A stretch of DNA of 64,000 bases from Antedon mediterranea (lineage: Eukaryota; Animalia; Echinodermata). Both the position numbers and the translations under genes were made by a program. Positions 27,701 to 39,100 of this stretch are shown piece by piece (position 1 is the stretch's first letter; every line of letters begins with the position of its first letter). Location of the stretch: positions 28,644,001 to 28,708,000 of the forward strand of contig NC_092674.1 of NCBI RefSeq assembly GCF_964355755.1, given 5' to 3'. The notes under the pieces are model-generated. The model ran no database searches. It was not told the origin of the DNA and worked only from the letters and a program-made list of their open reading frames with translations.

Positions 27701-30700
27701 CATGCAGTACACACCAATCGTCATGCAGTGAAATTTTGCGTAATTTATACCGCCACCTATCGACAAAATCGAAAATCACGTGACGTTTATTAGACGGCTG
27801 TAAAACTAGGCCATCGACTCTAAGATTTCTTTTATGTTTGACATACTGTACTTATTTTAACCGCTACACATCTCTGTGAATGCTCTGTTTTTTTATATAT
27901 ACAATCATTTATTATGCGAGACACAGGCGCGGCTAGGAGGCCATTGCAATTATTGAATTCCATAAAAGAAGTTTAAATAGTCTTAGTTTTACAGCCGTCT
28001 AATAAACCTCACGTGATATTCGATTTTGTCGATAGGTGGCGGTATAAATTACGCAATATTTGACTGCATGACGATTGGTGTGTACTGCATGACAATTGGT
28101 GTGTACTGCATGATGTTTGGTGTGTACTGCATGACGATTGGTGTGTACTGCATGACGATTGGTGTGTACTGCATGATAAATGTGAACGACGATTGGTGTG
28201 TACTGCATGACAATTGGTGTGTACTGCATGACCATTGGTGTGTACTGCATGACGATTGGTGTGTACTGCATGACGATTGGTGTGTACTGCATGACGATTG
28301 GTGTGTACTGCATGATGTTTGGTGTGTACTGCATGACGATTGGTGTGTACTGCATGACGATTGGTGTGTACTGCATGACCATTGGTGTGTACTGCATGAC
28401 GATTGGTGTGTACTGCATGACGATTGGTGTGTACTGCATGATAAATGTGAACTGAAGGCAGAGGAGGCGTTCCATACAGGCGCGGCTAGTATGGAACGCC
28501 TCCTCTGCCTTCAGTTCACATTTATCATGCAGTACACACCAATCGTCATGCAGTACACACCAATCGTCATGCAGTACACACCAATGGTCATGCAGTACAC
28601 ACCAATCGTCATGCAGTACACACCAATCGTCATGCAGTACACACCAAACATCATGCAGTACACACCAATCGTCATGTAGTACACACCAATCGTCATGCAG
28701 TACACACCAATGGTCATGCAGTACACACCAATTGTCATGCAGTACACACCAATCGTCGTTCACATTTATCATGCAGTACACACCAATCGTCATGCAGTAC
28801 ACACCAATCGTCATGCAGTACACACCAAACATTATGCAGTACACACCAATTGTCATGCAGTACACACCAATCGTCATGCAGTACACACCAATCGTCATGC
28901 AGTCAAATATTGCGTAATTTATACCGCCACCTATCGACAAAATCGAATATCACGTGAGGTTTATTAGACGGCTGTAAAACTAAGACTATTTAAACTTCTT
29001 TTATGGAATTCAATAATTGCAATGGCCTCCTAGCCGCGCCTGTGTCTCGCATAATAAATTATTGTATATATAAAAAACAGAGCATTCACAGAGATGTGTA
29101 GCGGTTAAAATAAGTACAGTATGTCAAACATAAAAGAAATCTTAGAGTCGATGGCCTAGTTTTACAGCCGTCTAATAAACGTCACGTGATATTCGATTTT
29201 GTCGATAGGTGGCGGTATAAATTACGCAATATTTCACTGCATGACGATTGGTGTGTACTGCATGACGATTGGTGTGTACTGCATGACAATTGGTGTGTAC
29301 TGCATGACCATTGGTGTGTACTGCATGATGTTTGGTGTGTACTGCATGACGATTGGTGTGTACTGCATGATGTTTGGTGTGTACTGCATGACGATTGGTG
29401 TGTACTGCATGACCATTGGTGTGTACTGCATGACGATTGGTGTGTACTGCATAACCATTGGTGTGTACTGCATGATAAATGTGAACGACGATTGGTGTGT
29501 ACTGCATGACCATTGGTGTGTACTGCATGACCATTGGTGTGTACTGCATGACCATTGGTGTGTACTGCATGACGATTGGTGTGTACTGCATGATAAATGT
29601 GAACTGAAGGCAGAGGAGGCATATGGAACGCCTCCTCTGCCTTCAGTTCACATTTATCATGCAGTACACACCAATGGTCATGCAGTACACACCAATGGTC
29701 ATGCAGTACACACCAATCGTCATGCAGTACACACCAATCGTCATGCAGTACACACCAAACATCATGCAGTACACACCAATCGTCATGCAGTACACACCAA
29801 TGGTCATGCAGTACACATCAATCGTCATGCAGTACACACCAATGGTCATGCAGTACACACCAATTGTCATGCAGTACACACCAATCGTCGTTCACATTTA
29901 TCATGCAGTACACACCAATCGTCATGCAGTACACACCAATCGTCATGCAGTACACACCAAACATCATGCAGTACACACCAATCGTCATGCAGTACACACC
30001 AATCGTCATGCAGTCAAATATTGCGTAATTTATACCGCCACCTATCGACAAAATCGAATATCACGTGAGGTTTATTAGACGGCTGTAAAACTAAGACTAT
30101 TTAAACTTCTTTTATGGAATTCAATAATTGCAATGGCCTCCTAGCCGCGCCCGTGTCTCGCATAATAAATTATTGTATATATAAAAAACAGAGCATTCAC
30201 AGAGATGTGTAGCGGTTAAAATAAGTACAGTATGTCAAACATAAAAGAAATCTTAGAGTCGATGGCCTAGTTTTACAGCCGTCTAATAAACGTCACGTGA
30301 TATTCGATTTTGTCGATAGGTGGCGGTATAAATTACGCAATATTTCACTGCATGACGATTGGTGTGTACTGCATGACGATTGGTGTGTACTGCATGACAA
30401 TTGGTGTGTACTGCATGACCATTGGTGTGTACTGCATGATGTTTGGTGTGTACTGCATGACGATTGGTGTGTACTGCATGATGTTTGGTGTGTACTGCAT
30501 GACGATTGGTGTGTACTGCATGACCATTGGTGTGTACTGCATGACGATTGGTGTGTACTGCATGACCATTGGTGTGTACTGCATGATAAATGTGAACGAC
30601 GATTGGTGTGTACTGCATGACCATTGGTGTGTACTGCATGACCATTGGTGTGTACTGCATGACCATTGGTGTGTACTGCATGACGATTGGTGTGTACTGC

Positions 30701-33700
30701 ATGACCATTGTGAACTGAAGGCAGAGGAGGCGTTCCATAGGCTAGGAGGCCATTGCAATTATTGAATTCCATAAAAGAAGTTTAAATAGTCTTAGTTTTA
30801 CAGCCGTCTAATAAACCTCACGTGATATTCGATTTTGTCGATAGGTGGCGGTATAAATTACGCAATATTTGACTGCATGACGATTGGTGTGTACTGCATG
30901 ACGATTGGTGTGTACTGCATGACAATTGGTGTGTACTGCATGATGTTTGGTGTGTACTGCATGACGATTGGTGTGTACTGCATGACGATTGGTGTGTACT
31001 GCATGATAAATGTGAACGACGATTGGTGTGTACTGCATGACAATTGGTGTGTACTGCATGACCATTGGTGTGTACTGCATGACGATTGGTGTGTACTGCA
31101 TGACGATTGGTGTGTACTGCATGACGATTGGTGTGTACTGCATGATGTTTGGTGTGTACTGCATGACGATTGGTGTGTACTGCATGACGATTGGTGTGTA
31201 CTGCATGACCATTGGTGTGTACTGCATGACGATTGGTGTGTACTGCATGACGATTGGTGTGTACTGCATGATAAATGTGAACTGAAGGCAGAGGAGGCGT
31301 TCCATACTCCTCTGCCTTCAGTTCACATTTATCATGCAGTACACACCAATCGTCATGCAGTACACACCAATCGTCATGCAGTACACACCAATGGTCATGC
31401 AGTACACACCAATCATCATGCAGTACACACCAATCGTCATGCAGTACACACCAAACATCATGCAGTACACACCAATCGTCATGCAGTACACACCAATCGT
31501 CATGCAGTACACACCAATCGTCATGCAGTACACACCAATGGTCATGCAGTACACACCAATTGTCATGCAGTACACACCAATCGTCGTTCACATTTATCAT
31601 GCAGTACACACCAATCGTCATGCAGTACACACCAATTGTCATGCAGTACACACCAATCGTCATGCAGTACACACCAATCGTCATGCAGTACACACCAATC
31701 GTCATGCAGTCAAATATTGCGTAATTTATACCGCCACCTATCGACAAAATCGAATATCACGTGAGGTTTATTAGACGGCTGTAAAACTAAGACTATTTAA
31801 ACTTCTTTTATGGAATTCAATAATTGCAATGGCCTCCTAGCCGCGCCTGTGTCTCGCATAATAAATTATTGTATATATAAAAAACAGAGCATTCACAGAG
31901 ATGTGTAGCGGTTAAAATAAGTACAGTATGTCAAACATAAAAGAAATCTTAGAGTCGATGGCCTAGTTTTACAGCCGTCTAATAAAGGTCACGTGATATT
32001 CGATTTTGTCGATAGGTGGCGGTATAAATTAGGCAATATTTCACTGCATGACGATTGGTGCGTACTGCATGACAATTGATGTGTACTGCATGATGTTTGG
32101 TGTGTACTGCATGACGATTGGTGTGTACTGCATGATGTTTGGTGTGTACTGCATGACGATTGATGTGTACTGCATGACCATTGGTGTGTACTGCATGACG
32201 ATTGGTGTGTACTGCATGACCATTGGTGTGTACTGCATGATAAATGTGAACGACGATTGGTGTGTACTGCATGACCATTGGTGTGTACTGCATGACCATT
32301 GGTGTGTACTGCATGACCATTGGTGTGTACTGCATGACCATTGGTGTGTACTGCATGACGACTGGTGTGTACTGCATGACCATTGTGAACTGAAGGCAGA
32401 GGAGGCGTTCCATAGATGGCCTAGTTTTACAGCCGTCTAATAAACGTCACGTGATATTCGATTTTGTCGATAGGTGGCGGTATAAATTATGCAATATTTC
32501 ACTGCATGACGATTGGTGTGTACTGCATGACGATTGGTGTGTACTGCATGACAATTGGTGTGTACTGCATGACCATTGGTGTGTACTGCATGATGTTTGG
32601 TGTGTACTGCATGACGATTGGTGTGTACTGCATGATGTTTGGTGTGTACTGCATGACGATTGGTGTGTACTGCATGACCATTGGTGTGTACTGCATGATA
32701 AATGTGAACGACGATTGGTGTGTACTGCATGACCATTGGTGTGTACTGCATGACCATTGGTGTGTACTGCATGACCATTGGTGTGTACTGCATGACGATT
32801 GGTGTGTACTGCATGACCATTGTGAACTGAAGGCAGAGGAGGCGTTCCATAGAGGCGTTCCATATATTAGTTCATTTAAAATTTGTGTTCAAGTTTTTAT
32901 TTAGTAGAAACCTTATTTATGTATGTTGTATACAAATTGTCTTAAATTAATGTGTTTGTTATTTGTAGGTTACCTCAAAAATAATGTTTGTAAATACTGG
33001 CTCTGAAATGGCTAACAAAGGCAGAGAATTAGCCCACCATTTTGAAACACAGGGAACACCAATCATGATAGGTAAGCACTGTCTACACTATCCAACTTTA
33101 TGTGACAAAAAAATGTGATATGATGTGCTCATATATGGACATGATGATGTCATCACTACCATACTTGTTTTGTAGGGGCCCTCATGAGACAAGCTTATGC
33201 TTCTAGTGCGGGCCCCAGTTGTTGTTGTCATAATAATAACTGAATAAATGTATATGAACTATACTTTAGTATATCACTACCATTTCGGCATGTCACACCC
33301 TTTTTGTCAAACTAGTTTGATAGTGTAGACAGAGCTGTAGTGTCCCCTACCCAAGAATTAGAAGTGTTCTCAACATGTACTTAGCATAAATTATGATTAC
33401 GTCAGAGTAGGGAAAACATCTGACCAATTTATCCTCTCTTACCCACAGGTGGAGGTGTGTTAGCTCACACTATTCTGGGTGTTGACTTCAATGATAAATC
33501 TGGTGCTTTAAAGTTCCTTATTCTAGATCCACATTATACAGGCTCAGAAGACATTAAAATCATACAGGATAAGGTGTGTTAGCATTTTTATTTTTGTTTA
33601 TCACTGGTTGAGTGGCTAAGCTCTTTTGATGTCTTCTCTACTGATATTAAACAAATCGCCTCTCTTTTTCTACCACATCAATATAAACCTCTGGTCTTGG

Positions 33701-34139
33701 TAAAAACTTGTAAGCTTCTTGCCAATATCATTGATCTTCTGCTCTAAAAAGCATTATTTTTTAGCTAAGTAGGTGAGTGGAGTTGTGGTTTAGCAGTTAT
33801 AATGCTTGCGTACCAAGGGTCCTGGGTTCAAGTCCTGTCAGTGTCAGGATTTTTTCTAATGAAAAAAGTTATAACTCCACTCCAAAAGACTTGTAATAAG
33901 ACTTTGTTTATATAGAGCATCTTGTGTTTGTCTTGTGAACAGGATTGCCACCTTTAAGAAGGATAGTGAATAAATTCTCTTATGATTATCATTGGCAATT
34001 TGCCTAAATATATAAAGAAGAAAGAGAATTACTATATTATTTTCTCTACTAGGGCTGGTGTGGATGGAAAGGTAGCGACTTCTGGGATCCAAATGTGTTC
34101 TACAATATGTGTTTACCTCAGAGGCCACATGTTATTTAA
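15705..34139 (+). CDS. UFSP2: Ufm1-specific protease 2 with a long invertebrate-type N-terminus (13 coding exons; the intron at 20370-32968 holds the transposon nest)
   Basis: Motifs [25 protein letters not shown] (catalytic Cys), [44 protein letters not shown] (Asp/His) and GWCGWKG..FW...[10 protein letters not shown]. Upstream exons at 15705, 16613, 16852, 17270, 17605, 18077, 18779, 19169 and 19641 join in phase by GT-AG. Confidence 0.93.
16271..16461 (+). mobile_element. 5'-truncated CR1-clade LINE with an 18-bp TSD
   Basis: Translates as [29 protein letters not shown], the typical CR1-type ORF2 C-terminus. The 3' tail is (TACTAAAGGTAAGAAT)x2. It is flanked by ATGGTTTATGGAAAATAA at 16253-16270 and 16462-16479. 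Confidence 0.8.
21201..22297 (+). mobile_element. Copy C2, complete, in the spacer of C1; TSD CAGGCG
   Basis: caggcg|TATGG...CCATA|caggcg; removing it restores gagacacaggcgcggctag. Confidence 0.92.
22364..23460 (+). mobile_element. Copy C3, complete (1097 bp), in C1; TSD TAGTTT
   Basis: tagttt|TATGG...CCATA|tagttt; left arm 22364-22814, spacer 22815-22988, right arm 22989-23460. Confidence 0.92.
23994..25091 (-). mobile_element. Copy C5, complete, in C4; TSD AGTACA
   Basis: agtaca|TATGG...CCATA|agtaca. Confidence 0.9.
25544..26682 (+). mobile_element. Copy C6, complete, in C4; TSD AAACTA
   Basis: aaacta|TATGG...CCATA|aaacta; this is the reverse complement of the C3 target site. Confidence 0.9.
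27316..28476 (+). mobile_element. Copy C8, complete, in C7; TSD CAGGCG
   Basis: caggcg|TATGG...CCATA|caggcg; same spacer site as C2. Confidence 0.9.
28490..30739 (-). mobile_element. Copies C9 (28490-29621, lacking its last 7 nt) and C10 (29622-30739), bounded together by TSD GGCTAG in C7
   Basis: ggctag|TATGG at 28490; gaggca|TATGG at 29622; CCATA|ggctag at 30739. Confidence 0.85.
31307..32414 (-). mobile_element. Copy C11 in C4, lacking its first 10 nt; right flank GATGGC
   Basis: It starts ctcctctgccttcag directly after C7 and ends CCATA|gatggcctagttttac, where C4 resumes. Confidence 0.85.
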
Positions 34140-34249
34140 AATCAAATCAAGATAAATTCTGGGCATTGTGCATTAAAATATATATATATATATAAATACT
34201 GTTTAATGGCAGAAGACCCAGATAGCAGAGATTAATTTTATCCATAATC

Positions 34250-34414
34250 CGTGCCTAAGAGCTTTTTTTCTCAGGCACCAGAGATCCGTTACACTCCATC
34301 TCTGTTTCAATTCAAACCTCTCCTGAAAACTCACCTATTTCAATAGTTATTCTTTTCATATTGCGCTGTGAGACTCTGGTAAAGAGCGCTTTATAAATCA
34401 ATATTATTATTATT
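34250..34414 (+). mobile_element. 3' end of an L2-type LINE just downstream of the UFSP2 stop
   Basis: ctgaaaactcacctattt ... gagcgctttataaat followed by a (TAT)n tail resembles L2-clade 3' ends. Confidence 0.45.
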
Positions 34415-36167
34415 GTTACTGATTTACAATCTGCTGAATGTTCAGTAACCAAGAAGGTAGTCCACTGTAAACAAATCTTGCTTATAACGCAAAATGCAGG
34501 GCGCCTCTAGTGCAGTAATTGCATTTTTTGCATATATTAAGATACATTAATTTTCATGTGAATTTCAGAATGTTCAATGGTTTGATATAATTGTCTCTTT
34601 CTGTTTAAAATACAGTCAGTTTATTTTATGATCATGTTTAAAAGAAATTATATTTTTAGGTATATTTAGTATTGATATTTTTAGAATAAACCAGTGGCAG
34701 AACAGCTCACTGGCACGACCCGGAGGAAATAGAGGCTTTAAAATATGTTGAAAAATCCCTGAAGCCTCAGAGCCATGGGCCTCAGCGTTACGTCACTGGA
34801 ATAAACTCTCTTCAATTAAAGAATGTTTATTATGTACATCGTACAAAATAATGAAACTTGTGTTCTTTTTGCTGCTACATAGGTTTATTTCATGTACAGA
34901 TAATAATAGCCATATTATACACAAGAAACATCTATCCCAGGCAATATAATAATATTCAAATAATTCAACCTACATCAGTTGCTTTATATCATGAATTACG
35001 ATTTAAAGTCGTCTCGTACATTTAAACCACCAAACACGCACACTAGTCTTAAAACCACCAGGTTTAGATATATTGTGATTATCAACCATCAACCAAGGCT
35101 GTGTATATTGTACAAAATTAGCTATACCCTTGTCTTTATAGGATATAGCTATAGTAATGTAGTCATACCCTATGCAGACCCGTGCTAAATGTTTCACACG
35201 ATTCGAACAAGGGATTTTAAAAACAGTGGATCACAGCCAATCAGATTTCTGGAAACAACTGCTGTATTTTACTACTGTACATCATATCACACACAATTGC
35301 TTGTGCTTTACAATAGCATAAACAAATCACCTTTTTTTATGTAATTGCAGTTCTTATCTCTTATGTAATAGAAACTTATGATGTGATGTCCTTTAATTTT
35401 CAACAGATTTCAATCTGAAGCTTTTAAAAAAATTGCAGGAAAGTGGTTTTGAGCTTTATTTATATCATAAATAACCACTTTTTGTCTCAAATATCACATT
35501 TTAAATATATCTTCCACCACTTTTGCCATGATTTTCTGTGAATGTTTTAATGGTTTGGTTCAGTATGCTGTGTGTATAGGCAGTTTAATACAAAATCAAA
35601 AAGCTAAAAAATAACACTGTCCCAGTCATCAACATTCCATGCTTTATAATAAACAAAAGCAAAACTAAAATACTTTGAAAAATTACTAATAAAATATTAA
35701 AAAACATAATGTTATTTATAATTATCAAATATTACTTTTAATAATTTAATATGAGATGAAGCATATTGTTCACATGTATATTTAAATATGTTATTAGTGA
35801 ACTCCATGTGTATTGTGCCACAGTGTAGTGTGTTAGTAGTCGTATGTTAGATTATTTATTTTCGTGCGCTGTATTCTGGTCGTTAAATTATTTGTCACAA
35901 ATATTACCGAATGAAAAAAAATGTAGGTACTATAAAAATGATGATGTACATTATACATTATTTGGAACCACAACAAAGAGAAATGTATAATTATAATGTA
36001 TTTCTTTGATCTTTCTACACAACACAGCTTCTGCAAAATACAAAATCTCCAAGCCAAAACCTTTTTGAAATGTTCTTTTTTAAAGATTTCTCATTCTTTC
36101 TCAAAAAACTGCAATGGTAGATTGTGTTTTCTATATCTCGCTACTGTCATAACCTTTGACCTGTCAC

Positions 36168-39100
36168 TCAACTATCCTCCCAGCTGTTTTCTACAACACG
36201 TATGACTTTTTTCTCGTACTCTCGTCGGTTTTCTTGATACAACTGAGCAGCTAGACTATTGGCTGGACTGTTTGGATTCGGTTCATCGAGCAATGACTAA
36301 AAAAAACCAACAAAAAACACAAAATTGGTTAATGGGACACATTCTGGTCAACAAGTGTTTAAATCAGCACAGTTGACCTCAAAAAGAAGGCAATAGACGC
36401 ATACTGTAGGTCTACCATGACGATAGCCACCACACTAACTATTGACTAATTTACTGTACATGCATGGTCAACTGTTCGTATAGAAAACTGTATAGCATGC
36501 ACAGTCGACCATGATTATAGCCACCTAATTATATGATGACTATTGGCACAGTCAACCGTGCTGAAAAGTCGACTGTGCCTATAGCCTCATTCATTTAAAA
36601 TAACACTCACTTGTATTGATGTAAGTATAGCTGAAACATCATATGTTGGGCTCCATCTATTCTGCAAAATATCTAAGCATATTCCACCATCTGCATAAAC
36701 TGAAATATAAAAATAAATTGTTTTCATTAATTTTAAATTCCAATTCATGCATGTACAAAAAATAAAGTAACATTGTAAAAACTGAGTTGAAATGGAACAA
36801 AAAACCCCATAAACAAGCAAAAAATCTTTTACAAAAATAGTGGTACCCTTAAAAAGAAAACATTAAGACTGTTATAATTTTTTTTAAAATTATTATAACT
36901 AAAATGACCAATTGCGGAAATCTTATCAATCATCTCCCATGTCTTAAAAATACATCTGTGTAGTAATTGTAAATTTCAGACGCAATAACAGATGACAAAT
37001 CATAGTTTAAAAATGGAATATCTTCGCTTAAACAGCATTAAAAACAACTTTTCTACTTTCGTTTGAATTTAATAAGAGAACAATTCTTATACAAGATTTA
37101 TAGAAAGAAAGAAGCAAAAGTAAAACTGTTATTTTGATTGATTATCATATTAAATTAATCTTAACAATTACGAATGAAACACTGATTGAAAACACAATAA
37201 TGGTAGTCAGCTGAACCAATAATCTGTGACAAAATTATTGGTTTCAAATGCAATATAGTACTTCCTTTTATTTTTATAGAACTATCTATTTTAGTGTACT
37301 GTATGTGACAATGTATTAAGCTCTGTCTACACTATCAACCTTGATGTGACAACAATATTGGATGTGCTCATTTATGGACATGATGAAGTCATATCACTAC
37401 CATATTTGAGCACATCACACTATTTTGTCACACAAAGTTTTATAGTGTAGACAGAGCTTTATGTCCTTAATTCTCTCCTCCCCCTCCCCCTCTTTTTTTT
37501 TTATACGAGTCACCTCTTTCTCCCAACTTAATTTTATGGCAAGGGAGCTTCTTTAATTTCATTCATAAAAGTTTAGATTATACTAGTTTGATAGTGTAGA
37601 CAGAGCTTTATAACAAAGAATATAGAGTGTATTAATGGAACCCAAAGTTATCATTACAATAGGGAAGGCCATGATATAGTCACAGAATAATAACTGCACT
37701 GTTAAAAAGCAGACAAGTAGTCTTTGTAATCAACAAGATAATAGAAATCATGAATCTGAGCTCCTGTAAATTCAAGTAGTATAGAAAGGTTGTCTACTTT
37801 CAACAATAGTGACTTTACATTTGTCCAGAAATCACAGTTTTATAGTACTGACATTTTTCAGGTTTTTTTACACAACATTAACACATTGTATATCATGGAG
37901 CTAGCTAGCTCCATGGTATACACTAACAGTAAGACATTTCAATTCCAATTAAAATTGTGTTGTTTCACATAGTATTTAAGAATAATACACACAGTATGTT
38001 GGGAGTAGAATTATTTTAAAATAGTGGGGTATGCACTGTGTGGAAGTAGGTAGGCAAGGCTCAGTGTGAATTGCCTGTTGAAGTCCCTATCATATGCTAC
38101 AATCAAGAATCAATAATGTATATTCGCCTATATTGCTATAAGCTCTGTCTACACTATCAAACTTTATGTGACAACAAAAATTTGATGTGCCCATATATGG
38201 ACTATATTTGGGCATATCGCTACCATTTTTGTCAATTTAGCTTGATAGTGTGGACAAAGCTTCAGAGTTCCCCAGCTTGATAAGTCTAATAAAAATGCAG
38301 GTACAAATACAGTACACATAGTGGTGGTGGAACAAAAGGTCTTTGGATTGGGTGTCAACCTTTTTAAGGTGGGTGGAAAAAGGTGTATAAAGAAGGTTTT
38401 GGGATGGGTGCCAGGTGAAAATTTGGGTGGAAGTATACATAAATATTGCACTGATGAAGGGCTAGTGTTGCCCAAAAGCTCTGCTAACTTTTCTGGCTGT
38501 TTTACTTTATCCAGGGCTCGCAGAATCGCTTGCCCGACGTCCCGCGGCAACCAAATAAATACGTCGGGCAACTAAAATTTAACATGTCATGTCCCGACGG
38601 GCAACCTCTTAAAATCACCGAAAATGTCCACGATGTTTTACAGGGGTTGTGAAAAACTGTAACAATGAAAATAATAGTTGCGCACAAACGAATTCTCTTG
38701 ACGTCGAGACCAGTGTAGTGTTTGTTAAGTAAATGTATGGATCGGAATTCGGTGGTATGGAACGTTATCTCCAGGAGCCAAAACACGTGTTTCTATGCAG
38801 TCGGGCGTATCAAGTCGTTGCGTATAGAGTTTCCAGGTCTGTCATATAGCACGCGGTCTCTTGCGGCATCCATTGATCGCGAAATAGGAAGCCTTGAACT
38901 CTCGGCTCTTATTTGAAGTTATTATACCAGGGAGTTTCTAATTAACAACTCCCTAGTTATACTATAAACCAAATAAAATAGGGGCTAGTATGTTTTTGGT
39001 TTTTGTTTTTCTCAATTATCGACATCATTTTACGGTGGTAATAAAATCTGAATCTACTACTAAGTATTAATTATGTGGCCTACAGCCTGATAGTAGATTA

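Larger units (their letters stand above)
26745..31306 (+). mobile_element. Copy C7 in C4, host of C8-C10; left flank GCCGCG, right TSD missing
   Basis: gccgcg|TATGG at 26745; the right end CCATA at 31306 abuts ctcctc of C11. Confidence 0.85.
23947..32851 (-). mobile_element. Copy C4, inverted, in the last 13 bp of C1; TSD GAGGCG; host of C5-C11
   Basis: gaggcg|TATGG at 23941-23947 and CCATA|gaggcg ttccata at 32851-32864; the spacer is reversed. Confidence 0.88.
20609..32864 (+). mobile_element. Nest of 11 self-inserted copies of a ~1.1-kb foldback non-autonomous DNA transposon (IS3EU-like); outermost copy C1, TSD TATTAG
   Basis: Ends are TATGGAACGCCTCCTCTGCCTTCAGTTCAC ... GTGAACTGAAGGCAGAGGAGGCGTTCCATA. 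TATTAG is at 20603-20608 and 32865-32870. The arms are built from the 21-bp unit ATCGTCATGCAGTACACACCA around a 174-bp unique spacer. Confidence 0.93.

Noticed and set aside
20609-32864. CRISPR array
   Set aside because: The 21-bp units are directly adjacent with no unique spacers, there are no cas genes, and the context is a spliced eukaryotic gene.
20609-32864. Simple satellite or assembly artefact
   Set aside because: Junctions fall exactly at element ends, with different matching 6-bp duplications up to 12 kb apart, and copies carry private variants. Unequal crossover or misassembly would not be expected to produce this. Long-read confirmation is still advisable.
20609-32864. Polinton/Maverick or LTR origin (both can make 6-bp TSDs)
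   Set aside because: The ends are TATGG..CCATA, not AG..CT or TG..CA. The repeats are inverted, not direct, and there is no coding remnant.
20583-32904. Dozens of repetitive ORFs ([35 protein letters not shown])
   Set aside because: They are by-products of a 21-bp unit (7 codons) with few stops. They occur in several frames on both strands, follow the element arms exactly and lie inside a UFSP2 intron.
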